From positions 63,426,001 to 63,490,000 of the forward strand of contig NC_043006.1 of assembly GCF_006345805.1 (NCBI RefSeq): DNA of 64,000 nucleotides, read 5' to 3'. The position numbers were made by a program, and so were the translations under genes. The notes under the pieces were generated by a model, which was not told where the DNA came from, did no database searches, and saw only the letters and a list, made by a program, of their open reading frames with translations. Shown in pieces: positions 12,321 through 22,825 of the stretch (position 1 is its first letter; each line of letters starts with the position of its first letter). The DNA comes from Octopus sinensis. Its lineage: Eukaryota.

Positions 12321-13558
12321 TTAGGTTGTTTCACAAGAAATGTTGTACTTCAGACGTGTTAGAGAACTTAATTTATTGAATCAAAGTATGATCCATGTTC
12401 ATTTATGACGTTTACCCAATGTTTCTCTATGTCGAATATTCCATCTTTAAAAAAAAATTCATCTTTTGCTTTGATAAACTGTCCGAATGCTTCAATTACC
12501 TCTTCTATCTAAGAATGCTTTATTGCTTATGAAAAGCTCAAAATGCTTAAATAAGAGATGATCAGTAGGAGAGATATCAGGGGAACAGAGAGGATGTTGC
12601 AAAATCTCATAATTCAGGCTTCGCAATTTTTGGACCGTTGCTTGAGGAGTGTGAGGATGTGCATTGTCGTGGAGTAAAATTGGCCCATCTCTATTCGCTA
12701 ATCTGGGTTGCTTCTTTTTTGTAATTCTAATGCATACAATCAATTTCCTGGCAATACGATGTTGCTGTTACCGTTTTTCCTTGTTGCAGAAATGAATAAT
12801 GAATAACTCTCTTCGCAGACCACCATACAGTGACCACTAACTGTTTAGAATGCAATGGTGGGTTTGGGTAGTGTTTAGGTGACTCTCCTGCATTTAATTT
12901 CTGTCCTGTCCTGTCCTCCTGCTGTTGTCAAAGAGAATCCATTTCTCATCACAATTAATGATTTGATGCAAAAATGGTCTTTTACCAGTCGAGAAAGCAA
13001 TAAGGAGCACACTTCGAGGCATCTTTTTTTTTTTTAATCTCGCTTAGTTGATGCGGAAAAAAACCTATCTGTTTTCTTGACTTTTCCAGTTTTTTACAAG
13101 TGTCCAAAAACAGTTGTGCGAGATGTTTGGAGTTCTGATGAAAGTTTTCGAGCATTTGTTCTCGGATTTTGTACGACCAAAGCATTTAATCCATCATGCA
13201 CAATAACTGATTTTGGCCTACCCCTTGATTTATTTTCAAGGCTATCATCTCCTGAACGAGAGCTTTGGAACCGTCTCTGAATAGTTCTGATGCCAACAAA
13301 ATCATTACCAAAGGCCTGCTTTGATATTCCATAGAGCTTCTGGGGCAGAGTGACCCAGTTTGTACTCATACGAGAAAACCACTCAACATTGTTTGGTTGT
13401 TATCATTTTCATAAGGTCTGTGGGTACGAATTTTGTATACTAATATTGTTAGGAAAGAAAAAGATTCAAGATTAAATGCAAAGTATACATAATAGGGTTT
13501 TTAAATGACTGAAGTAAGAAGTAATTAAAAATGCGACATTTCATGAGAAACAACCTTA
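12321..13558 (-). mobile_element. Full-length mariner (Tc1/mariner) DNA transposon relic, ~1.24 kb, transposase disrupted
   Basis: Imperfect TIRs: ttaggttgtttcacaagaaatgttg (12321) and cgacatttcatgagaaacaacctta (ending 13558), embedded in (TA)n. Transposase motifs include RSGDDSLENKSRGRP, ILLHDNAHPH and HPLCSPDISPTDH. Confidence 0.93.
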
Positions 13559-13569
13559 TATATATATAT

Positions 13570-13967
13570 ACTCTTTTACTTGTTTCAGTCATTTAACTGC
13601 GGCCATGCTGGAGCACCGACTTTAGTCGAGCAAATAGACCCCGGGACTTATTCTTTGTAAGCCCAGAACTTATTCTATCGGTCTCTTTTGCCGAACCGCT
13701 AAGTGACGGGGACGTAAACACACCAGCATCGGTTGTCAAGCAATGCTAGGGGACAAATACAGACACACAATCACACACATACATATATATATATATACAT
13801 ATATATGACAGGCTTCTTTCAGTTTCCGTCTACCAAATCCACTCACAAGGCATTGGTCGGTCCGGGGCTATAGCAGAAGACACTTGCCCAAGACGCCACG
13901 CAGTGGGACTGAACCCGCAACCATGTGGTTGGTTAGCAAGCTACTTTACCACACAGTCACTCCTGCC
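13570..13967 (-). mobile_element. tRNA-head SINE family A, near full-length, EMPTY target site
   Basis: The head reads ggcaggagtgactgtgtggtaaagtagcttgctaaccaaccacatggttgcgggttcagtccc on the minus strand, and the tail ends gactgaaacaagtaaaagag. It is colinear with the split copy at 49071-51457. Confidence 0.9.
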
Positions 13968-14049
13968 TCGAAGTGTGCTCCTTATTGCTTTCTCGACTGG
14001 TAAAAGACCATTTTTGCATAAAATATATATATATATATATATATATATT

Positions 14050-14416
14050 GTCGTTTATTTGCTTCAGTCATTAGAATGGGACACCGCCTTGAAGAATTTT
14101 TAGTCAAACAAATCGATCCCAGTACTCTTTTAAAGCCTGGTACTTTTTCTATTGGCTTCTTTTACTGAACGGGGACGTAAACAAACCAGCACCGCTTGTC
14201 AAACGGTTGGGCGGGGACAGACACAAACGCAACGACTCACAGAGATATATGTATATATGCTACGGGCTTCTTTCAGTCTCTGTCTGCAAAATTCACTCAC
14301 AAAGCTTTGGTCGGCCCGAAGCTATAGTATACTCCACTTGCCCAAGGTGCCACGCAGTAGGACTGAGCCTAGAACCATGTGGTTAGGAAGCAAGCTTCTT
14401 ATCATATAGCCACATC
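14050..14416 (-). mobile_element. SINE family A, diverged copy, empty site
   Basis: Colinear with 13570-13967. The target region reads ggaagcaagcttctt on the plus strand. Confidence 0.8.
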
Positions 14417-14610
14417 TTATCACATATACAGACGTTAATATCGAACAGTGAGAATAAGCACTCAATACTGCATTAGTGGATACATATTCTTTATTCGTGA
14501 TTTTATTCAAGGTGGAGACTTGAATAATTATCTTTATCAACATGAAACTAATGTGTATATTCATGGCTGTAAGAATATTTTATGATATGTATGTATGTAT
14601 GTATGTATAT

Positions 14611-14962
14611 GGCTGTATCATGCGCGGGGACATAGAAATAATCGGACTGAATACCCGATCGCGCGGTTAAACCATTGGGAGTGAAGGACTCCTAGCCTTT
14701 ATTAGGGCATCCTTCTAGGAGAAGTTATCTCAGGTAACTGAGATAACTCCGATATAAAACCTGCGGTTCAGTGGTTACCGATGATGATGACTTGTTCTTC
14801 TTTTCGGATTATGGCTGCTGTTGCTTAGTGAGTGGGATTGACTCGGTGCACAGCCTTTCGTCACTTTAAAAAAAAATCTTCTTGCACAGGCATTGCACGA
14901 TAACAACATTGATTAAGCTTCGTGCAATGGCCATACTCAATATCGAGGAGGCAGCCACCATG
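14611..14962 (+). repeat. ~350-bp dispersed repeat (copy 1) ending in GCCACCATG plus (TATG)n
   Basis: High similarity to 33161-33511 from ggctgtatcatgcgcgggg to ggcagccaccatg. Contains the hairpin agttatctcag-GTAA-ctgagataact. Confidence 0.85.
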
Positions 14963-15183
14963 TATGTATGTATGTATGTATGTATGTATATATGTATGTA
15001 AGCACGTATGCACGCATGTATATATGTGTCATGGATGTATGTATGTAAGAAAGAGAAAGAAAATGGAATTCATGAGATTATTAATCACTACAATCGTTTT
15101 GACCCATAATACATCGGTCCCTCGCGGATGAGATGCTATACAATGTGTTGTTGTGCACCTTGTTTTTTTAATCTCATGCAAGC

Positions 15184-15565
<382 letters not shown>

Positions 15566-16312
15566 GAACTCCCAGATACTCAAAATTAATTGAAGTATTC
15601 ATGAAGTGACACCACTTTATGCAACAAAAATCCAATCTAGCAACATGAAAGCAAAATTGTAGCTCCCTGAGGCACCAAAATACTTCATCAGATATATGAT
15701 TCAGAGAGGCCAATGAAGTTATATACGGTATATCGGATTGGTCTTATTTGATTTCGTTTTTGTTGGGATTAATTTTAACAGTTTAACTATTTTTACTATC
15801 AAAAACAATGTGAACATGCACTCCATTGAAATTTAAAACAAAACAAGAAATTTTTTAAAGAACAAGAAGATACATCACACGGATTTCAAAGATATTCGAA
15901 GATATTTCGAAATAGATTTTTAAAGTCATGACTAAAAAATCGAAACCATAAGACAATGGAGCTGATGGTGATGTTGAAGTGTGTATGTGTGTATGTTTGT
16001 CTGTCTGCATATACATAAACGTATACATATAGACATATATGTGATTTTTACCAGTCTTTATAGTTTGAACATTTAGTTCAACTTGCACTTTACTTCAATA
16101 GAGAAATCTACTTCCAAGCCTTTGAACATTTTTTTAGCCAATATATCCCTCTTTATTTGTTCTCTACTTATTATTTCTTTACCCTTCTCTTCCTAGGGTC
16201 TGCCTTTGACGTCGGATCTACTAACGGTTTTTTTTTAAATACTTAATAATATTATGTTTATCATTTATGCAGTCAAAATTGTTATAATGTCTTGTTGTTG
16301 AGATAGGTTCTC

Positions 16313-16405
16313 TTTATTTCCTGATGAGAAGATTGCATTATTATACACAGTTTATTCCTTTGGAATAAAACCAATGTTGTCTTCGAAACATATGTCGAAA
16401 GTAAA
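16313..16405 (+). ncRNA. Minimal type-I hammerhead ribozyme with fully canonical core and structured stem-II extension
   Basis: ttta-tttc-CTGATGA-gaaga-[ttgcatt...tttattcc-ttt-ggaataaa...aatgttg]-tcttc-GAAA-C-ATAT-GTC-gaaa-g-taaa. Stem III is a perfect palindrome (acatatgt) and the cleavage triplet is GUC. Confidence 0.8.
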
Positions 16406-17026
16406 ACTTTCAACTCCGTTTATTTATTTATACTATATAAATTACTGCACATTAACCCGGAGTTTCTACTTTTGAATAGGTCGCTACATCCTTGTTACTT
16501 GCGTGAATTTTGCTACCCTGGTAACTGTTTATTGAATTTTCCGTGTTAACGGTAAACAAAGGATATACATACATAAATATGTAAGTAAAATTAAATAATT
16601 AGAGTAAAGAATGTTCACTTTTAAACAGCTATTTAATCAACACTACACATATTTCGATACAACATAGATCCACATATATACAGGATTTGCATTAAGCAAC
16701 GGTTTACCTGTATAATGGGATCCAGTTGTATCTCCTCAGGTGATATACAATCGCTGTTCCCGTTAGTAAATCGTAATTTGAATACTGTGTATATGTAAAT
16801 CCATGTTGTATCGGAACATATGTAGTGTTTATTTAATAGCTGTCTAAATGTACTCATTCTTGACTCTTTTTATTCAATTTTATTTTATTTTCACACACGA
16901 TGAATGCCTAAACCTAAACTTGGAAATATACCGTAATACTACCGGCTGTTTGGTAATTCTAAAGGTGAACGAGCTCTATTTTGTATTGTAATACCTTCCT
17001 AATGGAATGCACCTTAAATATGTATG

Positions 17027-17089
<63 letters not shown>

Positions 17090-17301
17090 ATATATATATA
17101 ATATTTTATAATTACGAGTATAATTATAATTAGGGTTCAGCAAAGATTTGCTTTACCATATACCGAAGTTTAGAAATAGCAGCCAAAGAACCTTAACTAT
17201 TATTTCTACTATAGGAAGAGACTCCCAGACAAAACAAAATACTCGAAATAACCCACGCTGACAGAGAGGAAAAATAACGAAATTCACTCGGTATTTGATT
17301 A

Positions 17302-17383
17302 CCTGTGGACGCGTTTCGGAATTAGATCGGTATGAAGAATGTAAAACCATACTTCACCCAAACATTTTCCCTTTCAGCACAGG
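17302..17383 (-). ncRNA. Minimal type-I hammerhead motif with variant core
   Basis: Minus strand reads cctgtg-CTGAAAG-ggaa-[~45 nt]-ttcc-GAAA-C-GC-GTC-cacagg. It has a perfect 6-bp stem I and palindromic acgcgt. The core is CUGAAAG rather than CUGANGA. Confidence 0.6.
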
Positions 17384-17834
17384 ATTCCACGATATTAAAT
17401 TTGAGAGCACTGGAAAAATTGAACATACCTATCCAATTCAAAACAGTATCAGACAGATCATATTCAACGTCCAGTACCGACGAATTCAAAACATATATAT
17501 ATATATACATGGATATATGGGTACAGAACGTCACCAACAGTAAACAACATGAACTACGAAAGCAAATGAGTTCAATACGCAAACAACGAAACAAATAAAA
17601 ACAGCACAAGTAACATAAAAAACGACCCCTCATCAGTTGTCGGCTATCTACTCCTCATTTTGAGCATTGAACAACAATATGAGTTTTCAAAGATTATTGC
17701 TCCCATAAATGCCAAAATAAAATTTGGGACTTATGGAGGGTCAAAGTTGGGAACAAAAACAGGACATTGGGGACATACAAGGAAACCGAACGAAAACAAA
17801 GATGGAGGGTCATTAGACCATAACGAGGGTAAAA

Positions 17835-18068
17835 CAGTGGTTAGGGCAGCGGACTCGCGGTCGTAGGATCGCAGTTTCGATTCCCAGACTGGGCGTTGTG
17901 AGTGTTTATTGGGCGAAAACATCTAGAAGCTCCACGAGGCTCCGGCAGGGTTTGGTGATCCCTGCTGTACTCTTTCACCACTCTTTCTTCTGTTGGCCTG
18001 CTCGCTTAGCTAAAACAATGCGAACTCAGCGATGTGTAACAACATCTGATGGTCTGATCGGTCACGTG

Positions 18069-18070
<2 letters not shown>
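17835..18070 (+). mobile_element. tRNA-head SINE family C
   Basis: cagtggttagggcagcggactcgcggtcgtaggatcgcagtttcgattccc. Colinear with 54930-55216. Confidence 0.8.
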
Positions 18071-18163
<93 letters not shown>

Positions 18164-18190
18164 CCACACACATATACATATATATATACA

Positions 18191-18305
18191 TAGGTGCAGG
18201 AGTGCTTCCCAATCACATGGCTCCCATTGGGTGACAACTTGAGCAAGTGTCTTCTACTATAGCCTCGTTAGTGGATTTGGTAGACGGAAACTGAAAGAAC
18301 CCGTC

Positions 18306-18381
<76 letters not shown>

Positions 18382-18575
18382 GTATTTGTGTGTCTATGTT
18401 TGTTCCTCACGCCATCGCTTGACAACCGATGATGGTGTGTTTCTGTCTCCGTAAGTTAGCAGTTCTATAAAAGAAACCGATATAATAAGTAGTGTATCCT
18501 TTCAAATAATAAGTCCTAGTGTCGATTTAACTAAAGATGGTGCTCCAGCGTGGCCACAGTCAAATGAAAAGAATA
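18191..18575 (+). mobile_element. SINE family A, diverged, with a deletion across the head/target region
   Basis: aggtgcaggagtg joins directly to cttcccaatcacatgg. Body and tail are colinear with other copies. Confidence 0.7.
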
Positions 18576-18850
18576 TAGGTTGTAGCACACACGTGGGTAT
18601 AAAAGATAAATGTATATACAGCCGAATCTATCACATTCGGCTGTATATTTTTTCAAGTGCAGTTGAATATTAGTTATGCGATGACGCTTGATCGCGCACA
18701 TATTTAATCCTAATTATTGGGTTTTTACGTAAAAAATTCCCTCGCAATGTACCCCAACTTATAACGTCTAAATTCAAGGGATTACGGAATTCCACACTAC
18801 AGAGAGACTTTCAATAACACGAGAAATATTTTTATACATATTTGTGTGTA

Positions 18851-18894
<44 letters not shown>

Positions 18895-18896
<2 letters not shown>

Positions 18897-19653
18897 GTGA
18901 TCCCTCGCTACTTCGCGGTTCTACTATCGCGGGTTTACAACTTCGCGGAATTTTAAAATATATATATGAACACCTAAGATTTTTCATTAAATCCATTAAA
19001 ATATTAATAATATTATTTCCTAATCTAGGAACAACAAAACAAGCGTAAAATAGCAAAAAAGCATATACAGGGGTATTTGAACTTTAGACGGGTTGTGATT
19101 GGGGCAATGGAGAAAGACGACGAATCACAGCTTTCTATTTTGTAATCTGGCCTGTGATTGGTGCTTTGACCGATGCTCAAATCCGCAGCATCTTCCCTTG
19201 TCTCTCTCTCGCGGCCATTACGCTCCAAGCTTTCTCGTCAAGTGGTTCACTGTACTGATTTACGCTGTGCTGAGTGTGATTTGTTTTTCTTTGCGTTGAA
19301 CTTTGTGGAAGAAGTGGAAAAGGTGTCCCAGGAAAGGGCACCGCCGTCAGATTCATCATCATTTCTACTGCGCAGCAAATTCATCATTATCATCATTCAA
19401 ATTTTACTTCAACTTCTTTCGTGTTTAGTACAGTAACAATCTATTTTTTTTAATCTAAAGTGTTATTCTTAACGGTTGTCCTTGTTGTTAACAGACTACT
19501 GTAATGGGTGGGTTGTTAACAGTACAGGGAGGGTTTTAAAAGTCCAAATACACGTTAAATAAATACTGTAAACATGGTGTCCCTACTTCGCAGAAATTCA
19601 GTTTTCGCGGCCGGTCTCGGAACCAATCTACCGCGATAAACGAGGGATCACTG
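18895..19653. mobile_element. Non-autonomous pogo/Tigger-like DNA transposon (759 bp)
   Basis: TIRs cagtgatccctcg (18895) and cgagggatcactg (ending 19653), with further similarity (cgcggt). TA follows the right end. CAGT termini are typical of pogo/Tigger. Confidence 0.8.
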
Positions 19654-19657
19654 TATG

Positions 19658-20042
19658 TAGGCGCAGGCGTGGTTGTGTAGTAAGAAGCTAGCTTCCTAAC
19701 CACATAGTTCCGGGTTTAGTCCCACTGCATGGGGCCTTGGGCAACTGTCTTCTACTATAGCCTCGGACTGACCAAAGCCTTATGAGTGGGCTTGGTATAC
19801 GGAAACTGAAAGAAGCCCGTCGTATATGTGTGTGTGTGTTTATGTGTCTTTGTGTCCCGCCACCACCGCTTAACAAACGGTGTTGGTGTGTTTGTGTCCC
19901 CTAGCTTAGCGTTTAGTCAAAGGTGACCTATTGAATATGTACCAGGCTTAAAAATAATAAATACTGGGGTCGATTCATTCGATTAAAAATTCGAGACGTT
20001 ACCCCAGCATGGCCGCAGTTTAATGACTGATGCGAGTAAAAG

Positions 20043-20047
<5 letters not shown>
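19658..20047 (+). mobile_element. SINE family A, full-length diverged copy, empty site
   Basis: Head taggcgcaggcgtggttgtgtagtaagaagctagcttcctaaccacatagttccgggtttagtccc. The tail runs into (GA)n. Confidence 0.85.
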
Positions 20048-20084
<37 letters not shown>

Positions 20085-20087
<3 letters not shown>

Positions 20088-20506
20088 AAAGTGCACTGGG
20101 ATTTGTTTAGTTATTTTTTATTTTTATATTTTTAAAACTTAACCGGTTTCACAAATTTCTCTGATTTTCAAAAATATGGAGATATACTGCAACTGCCTTG
20201 AGTGGCAAGATAGTTGCAGCATAGCTCTATATCTTTCTGTTTGAACTTCAGAAAATTAGAGAAGTTCGTGAAACCGTTTCAGTCTTTAAAAATTTTTTTT
20301 AAATTTAAAAGAATACTGGTACATTTTTAGCTTCATTTTTTTTATATTTCTTTCCATCCGTGTGGAATGAAATAACTTTTTGTGTGTGTATGTGTGTGTG
20401 TGTGTATGCGTGCTTTTGTATTTGGAATGAGTGCTAAAGAAAAAGAGGGAAGGGAGAGGGAAGAAGAAGAAAATAATTTTATTTGCTCTGCTGAACAGTA
20501 TATATA

Positions 20507-20572
<66 letters not shown>

Positions 20573-20993
20573 TTGAAAGTGCACTGGGATTTGTTTAGTT
20601 ATTTTTTATTTTTATATTTTTAAAACTTAACCGGTTTCACAAATTTCTCTGATTTTCAAAATATGGAGATATACTGCAACTGCCTTGAGTGGCAAGATAG
20701 TTGCAGCATAGCTCTATATCTTTCTGTTTGAACTTCAGAAAATTAGAGAAGTTCGTGAAACCGTTTCAGTCTTTAAAAATTTTTTTTAAATTTAAAAGAA
20801 TACTGGTACATTTTTAGCTTCATTTTTTTTATATTTCTTTCCATCCGTGTGGAATGAAATAACTTTTTGTGTGTGTATGTGTGTGTGTGTGTATGCGTGC
20901 TTTTGTATTTGGAATGAGTGCTAAAGAAAAAGAGGGAAGGGAGAGGGAAGAAGAAGAAAATAATTTTATTTGCTCTGCTGAACAGTATATATA

Positions 20994-21059
<66 letters not shown>

Positions 21060-21474
21060 TTGAAAGTGCACTGGGATTTGTTTAGTTATTTTTTATTTTT
21101 ATATTTTTAAAACTTAACCGGTTTCACAAATTTCTCTGATTTTCAAAAATATGGAGATATACTGCAACTGCCTTGAGTGGCAAGATAGTTGCAGCATAGC
21201 TCTATATCTTTCTGTTTGAACTTCAGAAAATTAGAGAAGTTCGTGAAACCGTTTCAGTCTTTAAAAATTTTTTTTAAATTTAAAAGAATACTGGTACATT
21301 TTTAGCTTCATTTTTTTTATATTTCTTTCCATCCGTGTGGAATGAAATAACTTTTTGTGTGTGTATGTGTGTGTGTGTGTGTATGCGTGCTTTTGTATTT
21401 GGAATGAGTGCTAAAGAAAAAGAGGGAAGGGAGAGGGAAGAAGAAGAAAATAATTTTATTTGCTCTGCTGAACA

Positions 21475-21545
<71 letters not shown>
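20085..21545 (+). repeat. Tandem triplication, unit 487-488 bp, each unit containing an imperfect ~185-bp foldback
   Basis: Unit starts (ttgaaagtgcactggg) at 20085, 20573 and 21060. The copies are nearly identical and each ends in (TA)n(GA)n. Confidence 0.95.
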
Positions 21546-21548
<3 letters not shown>

Positions 21549-22756
21549 TGTGTGTGTGTGTATGTGTGAGAGAGATATGGTAATTTGTTGCTATGAGGAT
21601 TATTATTTTTAATGACGATAATCTAAATGTGATGAATGAAAATTACTTGGACGTTTGAATTCAAAAATGCCAGGAATGGTTAACATTATTTTTATTCGAT
21701 AAGAATTTTTTAGAAAATAAGCATTATGTTTTAAAAAAAGAACATTTATCTTGTTTTACATGCGCCCAGAAATTTTGGACCGAGACCAGTTTTTAGTACT
21801 TGTTACAACCATTTATTTTCTTTTTTCGATGTATATGATTGTTAATTACTCACATGATCTCACCCATAAATCAGTTCTGCTGTATGTGTGAGATATCTTT
21901 GAAAGAAATAAGTTGCATCAACTACAACGTCAATAAATATTGACATTTTTTATATTATTATAAATACTTTTTGTTATTCTATAATTATATTTATAAATTT
22001 TAGTTGACGCAACACTGTGGCAGGGAAGTTCGCTTCGGAACCACGTGACTTGCGGTTGTGCATGACGTAGGATAGGTATCTTCTACTGTATCATTAGATT
22101 GACCAATGCTTCGTGAGCGGGATTTCGTTGACAGAATCTGGGTGTCTATGTTTGTATAAACTAGTGTAAGTTGGTGCGCCGAGTTGCATCCTTTTAAATC
22201 GATATGTATGCGATAAATTGAAATTAATAAAATAAGCACCCGACTGAAATACACATTAAGATCAGTATGATTGGCTAAAACAATTAAAGGGGACGCCCCA
22301 GCATGACTGAAATCCAATGATTAAAGTATGTATGTATTTTGCTGAAAAAATGTTTTGACATTCCTCATTTGGTGATTGTCGCAAAACCCTTTTCAAGTAC
22401 AGTGAAGTGTCAATGTAAGTCTGGTATGATAAGGTTCTGGATTATAAATTGTCCCTTCATATGTGTAAAACTAAAGGATAGAGTTTGCTTTCCAAAAGGG
22501 AGAGGGTAGCTATGAGCTATCATGTCTGTAGATTAGTCGAAAGGAAGGATGTGTGTGAGTATACGTGCATGTGTGGACCACCCAAAGTCTGAACCTGAAT
22601 GAATGTTTTCAATTTCTTCAAAGGGTCCTGTTGGAAATATATCAAGAAAATGTAGAATATGGTAGAAATCGGAGTTAATGAAAGCGATAATGTCGGCATC
22701 AATAAATGTTGGTGCCAACCAAAGCTTGCTGGAATATGTGCAGAATAAACAGAATG

Positions 22757-22825
22757 CAGAATAGTCAAGGTGCCATGCAGTGGGACTGAACCCGGAACCA
22801 CGTGGTTGGTAAGCAAGCTACTTAC
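22757..22825 (-). mobile_element. SINE family A fragment (B-box side of head), downstream flank of the E2+E1 stack
   Basis: caaggtgccatgcagtgggactgaacccggaaccacgtggttggtaagcaagctacttac on the plus strand. Confidence 0.85.

Noticed and set aside
14611-14780. HDV-like or twister ribozyme at the 5' end of the 350-bp repeat
   Set aside because: Hairpins exist, but I could not build the nested double pseudoknot (P1/P2/P3/P1.1) or the twister core by eye.
15590-15700. CTGATGA with gaagtatt/aatacttc pairing on the minus strand
   Set aside because: There is no GAAA box after the stem and no stem III.
17620-17645. Minus-strand CTGATGAgggg as another hammerhead half
   Set aside because: No matching stem II/GAAA/stem I partner was found. 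The GAAAC at 17313 pairs better with the CTGAAAG core at 17371-17377.
20085-21545. CRISPR-like or satellite interpretation of tandem repeats
   Set aside because: Units are 487 bp and near-identical with no unique spacers, and the context is eukaryotic with no cas genes.
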